DNA of 64,000 bases from an uncultured Gemmatimonadales bacterium (GCA_963850905.1 CAWKMU010000003.1:2400001-2464000); one strand, 5' to 3'; counted from the first letter of the stretch, positions 1 through 12,355 are shown. The notes: generated by a model from the sequence alone, not told the origin. Made by a program: numbers and translations.

Positions 1-42
1 CTCACGTGTCACACGCCGTGACCGCGCCGCCCGATTCGACAC

Positions 43-3000
43 ATGCCGCGTCGTACTGACCTCCGCCGCATCCTCTTGCTCGGCTCGGGCCCGATCGTAA
101 TCGGCCAGGGCGCCGAGTTCGACTACTCCGGGACGCAAGCCGTCAAGGCGCTCAAGGAGGAGGGCTACGAGGTCGTGCTCGTGAACTCCAATCCGGCGAC
201 GATCATGACGGATCCCGAGTTCGCCGACCGGACCTACATCGAGCCCGTGACGGCCGAATTCGTCGAGCTCGTCATCGCGCGCGAGCGGCCCGACGCGCTC
301 CTGCCCACGATGGGCGGCCAGACCGCGCTCAACGTCGCGATGAAACTTGCCCAGGACGGCGTGCTCGAAGCAGTACGGCGTCGAATTGATCGGCGCCAAG
401 GCGCGCGCCATTCGAGCTCGCGGAGGATCGCCAGGAGTTCGCACAGGCGATGCGAGAGATCGGACTGGCCATGCCGGCCGGCTCGATCGCGACATCGCTG
501 GACGAGGCCGAGGCGGCGCTCGAGCAGGTAGGCTTCCCGGCGATCATCCGACCGTCCTTCACGCTGGGCGGCACCGGTGGCGGGATCGCCTACAACCGGG
601 ATGAGTTCGAGTCGATCGTGCGGCGAGGCCTCGACCTTTCGCCCACGCATCAGGTGCTGATCGAGCAGAGCGTGCTCGGGTGGAAGGAGTTCGAGCTCGA
701 GGTCATGCGCGATCACGACGACAACGTCGTGATCGTGTGCTCGATCGAGAACCTCGACCCGATGGGCATTCACACCGGCGATTCGATCACCGTGGCGCCG
801 GCGATGACCCTCACGGATCGCGAATACCAGCGGATGCGCGACGCTGCGATCGCCGTCATCCGCAAGATTGGCGTCGATGCCGGCGGCTGCAACATTCAAT
901 TCGCCGTCAACCCGCGCGACGGGACAATGCTGGTGATCGAGATGAATCCGCGCGTGTCGCGGTCATCGGCACTGGCATCCAAGGCCACCGGGTTTCCGAT
1001 TGCGCGGATCGGCACCAAGCTTGCCGTCGGCTACCGGCTCGATGAGATCCGCAACGACATCACCAAGACGACCCCCGCGTCCTTCGAGCCAGTGCTCGAC
1101 TACGTGGTGGTCAAGGTGCCGCGCTTCGCGTTCGAGAAGTTCGCCGGCGCCGATCCGCGATTGACCACGCAGATGAAGTCGGTCGGCGAGTCGATGGCCA
1201 TCGGGCGCACGTTCAAGGAAGCGCTCCAAAAAGGCCTGCGCGCCCTGGAGGCTGGCCGCTCGGGATGGGCGATCGGCACGACCGCCGAGGACGATCGCGT
1301 GACCGACGAGAGCCCGGATGGTCTGCGTTCCGCCCTGCGTCGCCCGACGCCTGAGCGGATCTTCCAGCTGAAGCGGGCGATGCTGGCGGGCATTCCACTC
1401 CCCGACCTCCACGAGATCACCGGCATCGATCTCTGGTTCCTCTCCGAGTTGGACGAGCTGCTCCAGGCGGAGCGATGGTACACGGCACTGTCGGTGGTGG
1501 AGGCGTCGGGCGCGGACGCCCTGCGGACGATGAAGCGCATGGGCTTCAGCGACCAGCAGCTGGCCCTCATGCGCGGCGAGACCGAGGCCCGAGTGCGCGC
1601 ATGGCGGCACGCTGCGCAGGTGCGTCCTGCATACAAGATGGTGGATACCTGCGCGGGCGAGTTCCCCTCGTCGACCCCGTATCTGTACGGCAGCTACGAC
1701 GAGGAGAGCGAAGCGCCGCGCAGCGGGCGTCGCTCGGTGGCGATTCTGGGCAGCGGGCCGAACCGGATCGGGCAGGGCGTCGAGTTCGACTATTGCTGCG
1801 TGCGGGCCGCCATCGCACTCCGCGCGCAAGGGTTCGAGACGATCATGATCAACTCGAACCCGGAGACCGTGTCGACTGACTTCGACGTGTCGGACAAGCT
1901 GTATTTCGAGCCGCTGACTCTCGAAGACGTCCTCGAGATCATCGATCGCGAGCAGCCCGAGGGCGTGATCGTGCAGCTCGGGGGGCAGACGCCACTCAAG
2001 CTGACACCGGGTCTCGCCGCGGCGGGCGTGCACATCCTCGGGACATCACCCGATGCGATCGATATCGCAGAGGATCGGCGCCGATTCGAAGCGATCGCCC
2101 GGCGGCTGGGACTGAGACAGCCCGACAGCGGGACCGCGACCAGTGTCGATGAGGCCGCGGGGATCGCCGCTGATGTCGGCTATCCCGTCCTCCTCCGCCC
2201 CTCCTACGTGCTCGGCGGCCGAGCGATGCAGATCGTGTACGACGAGCCATCGCTGCGCGAATATTTCGCCCGTGCGGCGCGGGCATCCGAGGAGCGGCCG
2301 GTGCTCATCGACCGGTTCCTCGAAGACGCATTCGAGGCGGACGTCGACGCGATCGCCGACGGGCAGCGCGTGGTGATCGGCGGCGTCATGCAGCACATCG
2401 AGGACGCCGGGATCCACTCCGGCGACTCCGCCTGCGTGCTGCCGCCCTATCTGATCCCAGAGACGGACCTCGCGACGATGCGGGCGCAGACCGTCTCGCT
2501 GGCGCAGGCCCTGGGCGTCGTCGGCCTCATCAACGTGCAGTTCGCGATCAAGAATGGCGTCGTGTACGTGCTCGAAGTCAATCCACGGGCGAGTCGCACC
2601 GTGCCGTTCGTCGCGAAGGCGATCGGCGTGCCGCTCGCGTCGCTCGCGGCGCGCGTGATGACGGGCGAGACGCTCGCCGACATCGGGTTCACGGAGGAGA
2701 TCATCCCGCCGTATGTGGCCGTAAAGGAGGCCGTGTTTCCCTTCAGCAAGTTCCGCGAGTTCGATCCCATCCTCGGCCCCGAGATGCGGTCGACCGGCGA
2801 GGTGATGGGGATCGCCGACTCCTTCGGTACGGCGTTCGCCAAGGCGCAGATCGCCGCCGACAACTCGCTGCCCGAGCGGGGCGCGATCTTCATCACCGTC
2901 AACGACAGCGACAAGCCCAACGTCGTGCCGATCGCGCGGCGGTTCCACGAGCTCGGGTTCCGCCTGTATGCGACCGAGGGCACACGCCGATATCTGCGGA

Positions 3001-3293
3001 GCAAGGGCATCCCGTCCGAGAAAGTCTTCAAGGTTCACGAGGGCCAGCCCCACGCGATCGACCTGATCGTGAATCGCGACGTGCAGTTGCTGATCAACAC
3101 GCCACTCGGCAAATACGCACAGCGAGACGACTACTCGCTGCGGCAGGCCGCCATCGCGCACCACGTGCCCTACACGACCACGCTCTCGGCCGCCAACGCC
3201 GCGGTCGATGCCGTGATCGCCCTCCGCTCGCGCCAGACCACCGTCCAATCGCTGCAGGAGTGGCAGGCGATGGCGGCGAGCGCCACCGTATGA
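43..3293 (+). CDS. carB: Carbamoyl-phosphate synthase large subunit (frameshifted near 370-420, probably sequencing error)
   Basis: N-terminus [30 protein letters not shown] (ORF 43) continues via ORF 347 into ORF 450..3293 with two ATP-grasp repeats and an MGS domain. Confidence 0.97.
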
Positions 3294-3922
3294 CCGCGAC
3301 GCGTCACCCGTCCGGGAAGCGGCCAGCCAGCTCCGCGCTGATCGCGCCCACCGCGATGATCCACGAGTCGGCCTACGTCGATGAGGGAGCGACCGTGGGC
3401 GCGCACACCCGCATCTGGCATTTCTGCCACGTGATGCCCGGCGCGGTGATCGGTGAACGATGCAACCTCGGCCAGAACGTGGTCGTCATGAGCGGCACGC
3501 GCCTGGGCAACAACGTGAAAGTGCAGAACAACGTCTCGATCTACGAAGGTGTCGAGCTCGAGGACGATGTGTTCTGCGGACCGTCCATGGTGTTCACCAA
3601 CGTCATCAATCCCCGCAGCCACGTCTCGCGCAAGCACGAGTACCATCGAACGCTCGTGCGCCGCGGCGCGTCGATCGGCGCCAACGCCACCATCGTGTGT
3701 GGCGTGACGCTGGGCGAGTATGCGTTCGTCGGAGCGGGCGCCGTGGTGACCAGGGACGTGTTACCCTACGCGCTCGTCGCCGGAGTGCCGGCGCGGCGCA
3801 TTGGGTGGACGTGCGCGTGCGGCGTGCGTCTCGATGACACCGGCGAAGGTGCCTGCAAGGGGTGCGGCACGCAGTACGTGCGGCGCGGCGCGGGGATCGC
3901 GCCCGCCGGGGATGCCGGGTGA
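3290..3922 (+). CDS. wbpD: Hexapeptide-repeat N-acetyltransferase, WbpD/WlbB-like
   Basis: [59 protein letters not shown] overlaps the carB TGA (ATGA). Confidence 0.85.
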   Translation: MTATRHPSGKRPASSALIAPTAMIHESAYVDEGATVGAHTRIWHFCHVMPGAVIGERCNLGQNVVVMSGTRLGNNVKVQNNVSIYEGVELEDDVFCGPSMVFTNVINPRSHVSRKHEYHRTLVRRGASIGANATIVCGVTLGEYAFVGAGAVVTRDVLPYALVAGVPARRIGWTCACGVRLDDTGEGACKGCGTQYVRRGAGIAPAGDAG

Positions 3923-4966
3923 CGACACCATCGACCTTTCGCGTCGCGCTCGTCGGGTGCGGGCGCATCAGCAAGAATCACTTCGAGGCGCTCGGCCGCG
4001 TGCCGGGTCTGGCACTCAGTGCCGTCTGCGACTCCGATCCGGATCGCGCGCGCCAAGCCGGGGAGGAGCAGGCCGTCCCGTGGTTTCGATCCTACGAGGA
4101 GATGCTGGCGCACGCCCCCTGCGAAGTCGTCTGCGTCGCGACGCCGTCGGGACTGCACCCCGAGCAAGGCATGCTCGCCGCGCGCGCGGGGAAGCATGTC
4201 GTCGTCGAGAAGCCGATGGCCATCACGCTGTCGGCGGCCGACGAGCTCGTACATGCCTGCGACGCGGCCGGTGTCCATCTGTTCGTTGTGAAGCAGAACC
4301 GGCTCAACGCGACCGTGCAGCTCCTGCGACGCGCCGTCGACAAGGGACGCTTCGGCCGGATCTACATGGCCAACTGCACGGTCCGATGGGCGCGGCCACA
4401 GGAGTACTATGACCAGGCGCCCTGGCGGGGTACCTGGGAGTTCGACGGCGGCGCGTTCATGAACCAGGCATCGCACTACGTCGATCTGATTCAGTGGCTC
4501 GTCGGGCCGGTCGAGAGCGTGGTGGCCAAGACCGCGACACTCGCGCGCCGGATCGAGACGGAGGACTCGGGGGTCGCCGTGCTCAAGTTCCGCTCGGGCG
4601 CGCTGGGAGCGATCGAAGTCACGATGCTCACCTATCCGCGCAACCTCGAGGGTTCGATCACGATCCTTGGCGAGACAGGCTCGGTCAAGATTGGCGGCAC
4701 CGCCGTCAATCGGATCGAGCACTGGCAGTTCGCCGCGTACGACGACGACGACAAGCTCGTCGAATGCCGTGAACACGACGCCGCCGAACGTGTATGGGTT
4801 CGGCCACGAAGCGTACTACCGCAACGTGCTCGCGGTGCTGCGCGGCGAGGCCAAGCCCGACACCGACGGACGCGCCGGGCGCAAGTCGCTGGAGCTGATC
4901 CTGGGGATCTACGAATCGGCGAAGACGGGGCGGGAAGTCCCGCTTCCGCTGCGGGCCAGGATCTGA
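3919..4966 (+). CDS. wbpB: Gfo/Idh/MocA oxidoreductase, WbpB/WlbA-like (frameshift near 4765)
   Basis: [30 protein letters not shown]-terminus [13 protein letters not shown] lies in ORF 4667..4966. Confidence 0.8.
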
Positions 4967-4989
4967 CCTCGTTCAGGACGGAGTCGCAG

Positions 4990-6107
4990 ATGGCCGTTCC
5001 CTTGCTCGATCTGCGCGCGCAATACGCCGCGATCAAGACCGACGTGGTGCGCGCGATGATGGAAGTCGTGGATGCGCAGACGTTCATCCTGGGTGAACAG
5101 GTCGGCCGCCTCGAATGCGAGCTGGCCGCGTGTGTCGCACACCAAGTACGCCGTCGGCTGCGCCAGCGGCACCGATGCCCTGCTCCTGGCGCTGCGTGCA
5201 CTCGACATCGGCCGAGGTCGACGAAGTCATCACGACCCCGTTCACGTTCTTTGCGACCGCAGGGACGATCCACAACGTTGGTGCGACCCCGGTGTTCGTG
5301 GACATCGATCCCGTCAGCTTCAACATCGACCCCGAGGGCATCCAGGCGGCGGTGACTCCGCGCACGCGTGCCGTCCTGCCGGTCGACCTCTTCGGCCAAA
5401 TGGCCGACGTCGAGCGAGTCATGGCGGCGACGCCGGGCCTCCCGCTGATCGAGGATGCCGCCCAGTCGATTGGGGCGCGCCGCTCGATTGACGGTGAGTG
5501 GCGCGTGGCTGGTGAGGTCGCGACCATCGGCACGTTCAGCTTCTTTCCCTCCAAGAACCTCGGCGGCTATGGCGACGGCGGCATGATGGTGACGCAGGAT
5601 GAGCGGCTGTACAAGCGCCTCATGCGCCTGCGCACGCATGGCAGCGTGAAGACGTACTACCACGAGGAAGTAGGCTACAATTCGCGCCTCGATTCGCTGC
5701 AGGCTGCGGTGCTCCGCGCGAAACTGCCACACTTGGCCGGTTGGAGCGCGCAGCGTCGAGGCCACGCCGCGTACTATACGCAGGCCCTCGAAGGCCTCGC
5801 GCCGCGCGTCCGGACTCCCGTCATCAGCCCGGCCAACGAGTCGATCTTCAATCAGTACACGATCCGCTGTGAGCGCCGCGATGCGCTGCAGGCTCATCTC
5901 ACGGCCCGGAAAATCGGGACGGCCATCTACTACCCACTGCCGCTGCATCTCCAGCCCTGCTTCGCGTACCTGGGCTATCGCGAGGGTCAACTGCCGCACG
6001 CTGAGCGTGCGGCTCGCGAAGTCCTGTCGTTGCCGGTGTACCCCGAGCTGACGACCGTGCAGCAGGACGAGGTGATCGGAGCGATCCGGGAGTTCTACGC
6101 GTCATGA
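4990..6107 (+). CDS. wbpE: DegT/DnrJ/EryC1/StrS aminotransferase, WbpE-like (frameshifts near 5130-5215)
   Basis: MAVPLLDLRAQY, GCASGTDALLLAL, IEDAAQSIGA, FSFFPSKNLGGYGDGG, NSRLDSLQAAVL. Confidence 0.82.
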
Positions 6108-7473
6108 CTAGCACGCAGCCGCCGACCGGCGGATCCGAGACGCAGTACGCAGATCAGTTGCTGGAGCGCATCGGCAATCACACCGCCGTCATTGGCGTCG
6201 TCGGGTTGGGCTACGTCGGCCTGCCGTTGGCGATCGAATTCGCGCGCGCCGGCTTCCGCGTCATCGGGTTCGACGTCAGCCGCCGGGTGGTCGAAGCCCT
6301 AGCCACTGGGCGGTCCCACATCCAAGACGTCCCATCGCGAGACGTCGAGACGTTCGTCCGGTCCGGGAAGTTCACCGCGACGACTGACCCGACGCGGATC
6401 GGCGGAGATGGATGCGGTCTCGATCGCCGTTCCGACCCCGCTCGTGAAGACTCGGGACCCCGACATGAGCTACGTCGACAAGGCGACTGATACGATAGTC
6501 GACGCATTGTCGGCCAGGGACGCTCGTCGTCCTGGAGAGCACGACATATCCGGGCACGACGCGGGAACTGGTGCAGCCCAAGTTCGAGCGGCGCGGGCTC
6601 ACGGTGGGCACGCGACGTCTTCCTCGCCTTCAGCCCGGAGCGGGTCGATCCCGGCAACGAGCGGTACAACACGCAGCAATACGCCGAAAGTCGTCGGCGG
6701 CATAACGCCCGCCTGCACGCGCGTCGCGAGCGCGCTCTACGCGACCTGCATCGAAACCGTCGTGCCCGTCTCGTCTCCCGAAGCGGCTGAGCTCGTCAAG
6801 CTGCTCGAGAACACCTTCCGATCGGTGAACATCGGGCTGGTGAACGAGATGGCAATTATTTGCGATCGGCTGGGGGTAAACGTCTGGGAAGTGATCGATG
6901 CCGCGGCCACGAAGCCGTTTGGGTTCATGCGGTTCACGCCCGGCCCTGGCATCGGCGGTCACTGCATTCCGCTCGACCCGCACTATCTCGCGTGGAAGAT
7001 GCGGACGCTGAACTACCGGACGCGCTTCATCGATGTCGCGAGTGAGATCAACAGCCAGATGCCGGACTTCGTCGTGGAGAAAGTCGCGCACGCGCTCAAC
7101 GACGTGTGCAAGTCGGTCAAGGGGAGTCGCATCGCTCGTCATCGGCGTCGCCTACAAGAAGAACATCGACGACATCCGCGAGAGTCCCGCGCTCGATGTC
7201 ATCCGACTACTCGAGGAGCGCGGCGCCGACGTCGTCTATCACGATCCCTTCATCCCCGCGTTCACAGAGGATGGCCGGACGCGTCATGGGGTCGCGCTCA
7301 GCGCCGAGGAACTTGGCAGGAGTGACGCGACGGTCATCGTCACCGACCACACATCGATCAACTATCAGTTCGTGGCCGATCACGCGTCCCTCGTGGTCGA
7401 TACCCGCAATGCGATGGCGCACGTCACACGACCGCGCGCCAGGATCGTCTCGTTGTCCGCGGGTGCATTGTAG
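6104..7473 (+). CDS. wbpA: Nucleotide-sugar (UDP-GlcNAc) 6-dehydrogenase, WbpA-like (several frameshifts)
   Basis: GVVGLGYVGLPLA, IAVPTP, KLLENTFRSVNIGLVNE, GGHCIPLDP, GVAYKKNIDDIRESP spread over successive frames. Confidence 0.85.
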
Positions 7474-7494
7474 GGGCGACGCATGCGTCGCCCT
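7470..7494 (+). repeat. GTAG-type REP-like palindrome overlapping the wbpA stop codon
   Basis: gtag-gggcgacgc-at-gcgtcgccc; near-identical copies at 20505 and 20565. Confidence 0.75.
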
Positions 7495-7540
7495 GTGGCA
7501 TCGCGCATGGTGCGTCATTAAGGGGTCGCTCACCACCCGT

Positions 7541-9232
7541 TTGTCCACGACCCGTCCACAGCACACTGGTGGCTGGTGGCGGGGCCCCGTTGTCGTCGCA
7601 ATCGTGGCGATGTTGGTTGCCCCGGGTGTCGCGCGGGCGCAGTTTGGACTGGTTGCCTTGCCGATCAACGATCCGGCGTACCTACAACTGGCGGCGCTGG
7701 AGCGACTCGGCTGCGCCGCCGCGCGTGTGTCGGTCGATCGGCCGTATCAGGTGCGACTCATCCGGGCCGCGCTCATCGCGGCCCGGGCGGAAGCGGCCTG
7801 CAGTGGACCGATCCTGGACGCGCTGGAGCAGCGCTTTGCACCCCAGGCGGATACGACGCAGGCCGCCACGCCGATTGCTCATGCGTTCCAACAGCGGTCC
7901 GTCCTTCCCGCGGGCGACAGCGGACAGGGTGTTCGCTTCGGCGCCGCGGCCCAGCTCAGGGCAACGGCGTTGCACAACGGCGAGATCACCCCATTGTGGG
8001 AGGATGTACGCCCCACGGCGGAGGGGGATCCCCCGGCCGTTGGCGTGCTCCACGGGCGATTCACATACGGCGCCAGCGATCACGTGGCCATCGTCGTCGA
8101 TGGCTACGGCGAGACCAATGCTCGGAACGATCCGCAGGTGAGCGCGAAGCCATTGCGTGGAGCATCGGGGGTGCTGGATGCGTCCGAAGCGTATGTGTCC
8201 ACGCGAGCCGGCGTCTTCACCTTTACACTCGGCCGCGGTGCAGAGGCGTGGCTCGGCGACGGCACCGATTCGCCGGTCCTCTCGGCGAACGGTGCGCCCT
8301 ACAACCGGATCGCCGCCGCCTTCAACACGGCGCACTTCGAGGGGCGGGCGCTATTCGGCGAGCTGGACGATGTCGTGCTGGACTCCGCGCAGGACCATAT
8401 CACGTCGACGATCGGACCCCAGCGGTTCTATCGATATCTGGTGGGGCACTCGCTCTCGTGGCGCCCATCGCGAGCGATCGAGGTCACGGCAGGGGAGACC
8501 GCCGTGCTGCCACGCGGGTCACAGACGGTCGACTTCTATTACTTGAATCCGTTCGTTCCCTATCTTATCACGGCGCACGATACTGGTAAGACAGGCGAAG
8601 GCAACGCGCACGACAATCTGACGGCGTTCGGCGCGATCCGGGGTCGCCTCGGTCGCATGACGGCGTCAGCCGAGCTCCTGATCGACGACATTCAGATCGA
8701 CGCGTCCCGCCGAGCGAATACGCCGGACCTGCTGGGCTACGTGCTGACGGTGTCGAGTCCCGTGCCGATCGGCGTGCCCGCGACCGTCCAGTTGCAGTAC
8801 CAACGGGTCGACACGTACACGTATCTACGGGAGTTCTACGACGAGGTCCTGCAGTACTACAACAACCCGCTCGCATCCGAGCTCGGCCCCGACGCTGACT
8901 ACGGCTCGATCGCGGGCGAGATCTTGCCAACGGGCTGGATCCGCCTCGCGGGCGACGCAGGGATCTGGCGACGCGGGCTGCAGCGCATCTACGAACGCCC
9001 ATCGCAGAACGCTGTCGGCAATCCCGGCCTGGCGTTCCCGTCAAGTGCGACCGGCCAGCCAGTGCAGATTGCGGGCCTCGCGCACGCCTACGTGCAGCTG
9101 CTCACGCCCACGCTTCCCATCACGGCCGCCATCACGTTGGCCCGCATTCGGGATGCGAACAACCTGCCTGTTGGAACGGCCACGTATGGCCAGGCACAAT
9201 TGTACCTCACCTATGCCTTTCGTTATCCCTAA
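7541..9232 (+). CDS. Outer-membrane beta-barrel, capsule assembly Wzi-like (start uncertain)
   Basis: Signal peptide ending VARA-Q; LGRGAEAWLG..SPVLSANG, GETAV..YYLNPF, ELLIDDIQ, ELGPDAD motifs; lies upstream of wza/wzc. Confidence 0.7.
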   Translation: MSTTRPQHTGGWWRGPVVVAIVAMLVAPGVARAQFGLVALPINDPAYLQLAALERLGCAAARVSVDRPYQVRLIRAALIAARAEAACSGPILDALEQRFAPQADTTQAATPIAHAFQQRSVLPAGDSGQGVRFGAAAQLRATALHNGEITPLWEDVRPTAEGDPPAVGVLHGRFTYGASDHVAIVVDGYGETNARNDPQVSAKPLRGASGVLDASEAYVSTRAGVFTFTLGRGAEAWLGDGTDSPVLSANGAPYNRIAAAFNTAHFEGRALFGELDDVVLDSAQDHITSTIGPQRFYRYLVGHSLSWRPSRAIEVTAGETAVLPRGSQTVDFYYLNPFVPYLITAHDTGKTGEGNAHDNLTAFGAIRGRLGRMTASAELLIDDIQIDASRRANTPDLLGYVLTVSSPVPIGVPATVQLQYQRVDTYTYLREFYDEVLQYYNNPLASELGPDADYGSIAGEILPTGWIRLAGDAGIWRRGLQRIYERPSQNAVGNPGLAFPSSATGQPVQIAGLAHAYVQLLTPTLPITAAITLARIRDANNLPVGTATYGQAQLYLTYAFRYP

Positions 9233-9248
9233 TTTCGTATTGGCGAGC

Positions 9249-9938
9249 GTGCGCCAGTGCCTGCGTGTCGCGGTCGCACTTGCGCTCACGGCCATCGGTC
9301 TGGCGCCGTCGATGGCGTCTGCTCAGGCGACTCCCAGCCCGGGGCCGCCGCCCCCCGCCGCGGAAGACACGATCGTGCGTCCCACCGGCACGCTGCGCAG
9401 TGGAGACCTGCTCAAGATTCGGGTGTATCGCGACTCCGAGCTGAGTGGCCAGTACCTGATCGACGCGCAGGGCAACGTGCAGATTCCGGGCTTGGGCGTG
9501 ATCCGCGCGGCCGGCCTGGACCCGACGCAGGTGCAGGAGCGGCTGGTCGATCAGCTGCGCTTGCGCGGTTTCCGAGCGCCGGAGATCGCCGTCCAGCCGC
9601 TGATCCGCGTGTCGGTGCTCGGGATGGTGCGCTCGCCCGGGCTATATCCGGTGGAACCAGGAGTCAGTATCATCCAGCTGTTGACGCTCGCCGGCGGACC
9701 GACCGAGCAGGCCAATCTCAAACGCGCGCAGGTCGTGCGGGAGAACCGCGCCTTCACGGTCGACCTGCAGAGCGCGCTCGTAGGCAGTGCGGCCGGACGC
9801 GTGGCGTTGTATTCCAACGATGTCGTGTACGTGCCGCAGCGCCATTCGATCTTTTCGCGCGACAACGTAACGCTCGGGGCGACGTTGATATCGATGGCCG
9901 TGTCGATCGTGACGCTCATTCAAGTGACGAAGCATTAG
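9249..9938 (+). CDS. Polysaccharide export protein, Wza/SLBB family
   Basis: LRSGDLLKIRVYRDSELSGQYLIDAQGNVQIPGLG (Poly_export) and VSVLGMVRSPGLY..LLTLAGG (SLBB). Confidence 0.85.
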   Translation: MRQCLRVAVALALTAIGLAPSMASAQATPSPGPPPPAAEDTIVRPTGTLRSGDLLKIRVYRDSELSGQYLIDAQGNVQIPGLGVIRAAGLDPTQVQERLVDQLRLRGFRAPEIAVQPLIRVSVLGMVRSPGLYPVEPGVSIIQLLTLAGGPTEQANLKRAQVVRENRAFTVDLQSALVGSAAGRVALYSNDVVYVPQRHSIFSRDNVTLGATLISMAVSIVTLIQVTKH

Positions 9939-12355
9939 TGACGGACCTGCTCGCACCGCAAGAGCCCAGTACACTCCCGCTCGACGGCGGCATTCTCGGG
10001 AGCGAGGAATCGCTTCGCGACATTGCCGCGGCGGTCGGTCGCCGGCGGTGGGTTGTGGCGTTGGTCTTCCTCGGGACGATCGCCATCGGCACCTGGCGCA
10101 CCATGACCGAGGCGCGGATCTATGCATCCGCCGTGACGGTTCGTGTCGAGCGCTCCGACAACCCGGTGGCGAACGCACCGTCGAACGGCCCGCAATACGA
10201 CTTCCGCGTGGATCCGCTGGTATCCGAGCAGCAGGTCATTCGCAGTCAGACCATCGCGGAGCGCACCGCGCTGGCGGCTGGCCTGCAGATCGCTGTGACG
10301 CGGCCGGTGCTGCTACTCAGCTCCCTGACAGGATCTTCGCTTCCCGTCGTGCGACCCGAGGCCATCCCGGGGACGTACACGCTCGCATTCGGGGACACCA
10401 CATTCAGCCTGAGTCACGGAAGCAGCCGCTGGGGGCCAGCGCACTATGGCACGACCCTCGACGCCGGCGCGTTCACGCTCACGATTCCTGGCCGGCCCTC
10501 GCTATCGGACCGCACCGTCGAGCTGACCGTGTCATCGCTCGATGGGGTCGCGCGCGACCTGCGCAGTCGGATTTCGACCCGTGTGTTGCCGCAAACCGAT
10601 ATCGTAGAGATCACGATCGCCGGGCCGGACCCCCTCCGCGTGCAACACGCCGCCAACAGCATTGCGTCGGTGTACGCCGATTATGCGCGAGAGGCCGCAC
10701 AGGCACGGGCACAGAAGCGAAGCCAGTTCATCGCCCAGAGCCTCGACGAGCAGGCGGCGTCGCTCAAGCGCAGCCAGGACTCGTTGCGCGATTTCCAGGA
10801 GCTGCATCGGACCTCCAACGTCACCGATGAGCAGACGGAGTTGTTCAAGCAGATCTACAAGCTCCAGGCGGACCGCGGCGAGCTTCTGCTGGAGCAGCAG
10901 GTCTACCTCGCGCTGGTCGGGCGCCTCGCGCAGACCGATACCACCGACGAGGAGCTGCGCAAGCTGGTCGGCACGGATGCGGTCGAGCACAACAAGAGTG
11001 TCGCCGACCTGTACGGGAGCTGGTTCCAGCTCGAGACCACGCGGCAGCGTCTGAGTCTCTCGCGGGACGACCGAAACATCGATCTACAAGCGCTCGACAG
11101 CTCGATTGCCTCGACGAAGCGGAACCTGCAGCTGGCGAGCCGACTGTACCTGCAAAGCCTCGCGACCCGCATCGAATCGATTGACAGCAGTGTGGCGGAC
11201 CTGCGTCGCTCCAGCGAGCAATTTCCGCCGATGGCAGCCGAACAGGCGCGGCTCACCGCCAACGTGAAGACTCGCGAGACCGGCTACGACAATCTGTTGG
11301 CGCAGTACCAGCTGGCCCGGATCAGCGAGGGTGGTGAGACCGGCGGCGTCCGCATCATCGACCCCGCACCGGTGCCGTACACGCCCGTGTCGCCGCAGCG
11401 GAAACGTGCCGTGTTTCTGGCGGCCATCATCGGCTTGTTGCTCGGCCTGTTGTCGGCCGTTGTCGCCGACCGCTTTGACGACTCAGTGCAGACGCCGGAC
11501 GAAGTGCGGCAGCGGCTGCACCTGCCGATCCTCGGATCCATTCCGCGCGTCCGTGACACGCTGTTCGGTCGCACCGAGCGCCAGCGATTCCGATTGATCT
11601 CCCACGTGGAGCCCCAATCGCTGATCGCAGAAGCCTTCCGGTCGCTTCGGACGAACATCGCGTTCGCGCGCGCGCATCACGATCTGCGGACGATCGTGCT
11701 CACCAGTCCGGGTCCCGGTGATGGCAAGTCGACGGTCGCGTGCAACCTCGCCACGATCTTCGCGCAGCAGGGTCAGCGAACGCTTCTGGTCGATGCGGAC
11801 CTGCGGCGTGCGGTCGTGAACGAGACGTTCGATGTCCCCCGTTCGCCAGGCCTCAGCGATCTCCTCGTCGGCAATGCCCGGTTCGCGCAAGTCGTGAAAG
11901 CGGTCGACGTGCCAAACCTCTTCCTCCTGCCAAGCGGGCAGTTCCCGCCGAATCCCTCCGAGCTGCTTGGATCGCCAGCCATGCGTGATGTGCTGGAGGA
12001 GGCGAAGGCCAGCTACGACATGATCGTCGTCGATTCCCCGCCGGTCCTCGCCGTGACGGACGCATCCGTCATTTCCTCGGTGGTCGATGGGACAATCGTC
12101 GTCGTACGCGTGGGGAAGACGGCACGCGACGCCGTGCGTCGGGCCGTGGCGCAACTCCGTGTCGTAAACGGACGTGTGCTCGGAGCCGTCTTGAACGACG
12201 TCGATTTCCGGAGCGGCGTCTATTACGGTGGCTATGGCTACTACTACCAACGGTTCTACGGCGATGGCGACGAGTCGGCAAGCGACATGCAAGGAAATCC
12301 GCTGCGCCGCTGGGGCCGCGCACTCGGCGGGCGTTTGCCGGGCCGCGGGCGGTGA
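9938..12355 (+). CDS. wzc: Polysaccharide chain-length regulator / BY-kinase
   Basis: Two TM segments around a coiled periplasmic domain; EAFRSLRTNI, Walker A SPGPGDGKST, LVDADLRR, DSPP; C-terminal Tyr cluster YYGGYGYYYQRFY. Confidence 0.92.
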   Translation: MTDLLAPQEPSTLPLDGGILGSEESLRDIAAAVGRRRWVVALVFLGTIAIGTWRTMTEARIYASAVTVRVERSDNPVANAPSNGPQYDFRVDPLVSEQQVIRSQTIAERTALAAGLQIAVTRPVLLLSSLTGSSLPVVRPEAIPGTYTLAFGDTTFSLSHGSSRWGPAHYGTTLDAGAFTLTIPGRPSLSDRTVELTVSSLDGVARDLRSRISTRVLPQTDIVEITIAGPDPLRVQHAANSIASVYADYAREAAQARAQKRSQFIAQSLDEQAASLKRSQDSLRDFQELHRTSNVTDEQTELFKQIYKLQADRGELLLEQQVYLALVGRLAQTDTTDEELRKLVGTDAVEHNKSVADLYGSWFQLETTRQRLSLSRDDRNIDLQALDSSIASTKRNLQLASRLYLQSLATRIESIDSSVADLRRSSEQFPPMAAEQARLTANVKTRETGYDNLLAQYQLARISEGGETGGVRIIDPAPVPYTPVSPQRKRAVFLAAIIGLLLGLLSAVVADRFDDSVQTPDEVRQRLHLPILGSIPRVRDTLFGRTERQRFRLISHVEPQSLIAEAFRSLRTNIAFARAHHDLRTIVLTSPGPGDGKSTVACNLATIFAQQGQRTLLVDADLRRAVVNETFDVPRSPGLSDLLVGNARFAQVVKAVDVPNLFLLPSGQFPPNPSELLGSPAMRDVLEEAKASYDMIVVDSPPVLAVTDASVISSVVDGTIVVVRVGKTARDAVRRAVAQLRVVNGRVLGAVLNDVDFRSGVYYGGYGYYYQRFYGDGDESASDMQGNPLRRWGRALGGRLPGRGR

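Noticed and set aside
963..3248. Long antisense and alternate-frame ORFs here and throughout the window
   Set aside because: Shadows of real genes in high-GC DNA; Arg/Ala-rich with no recognisable motifs
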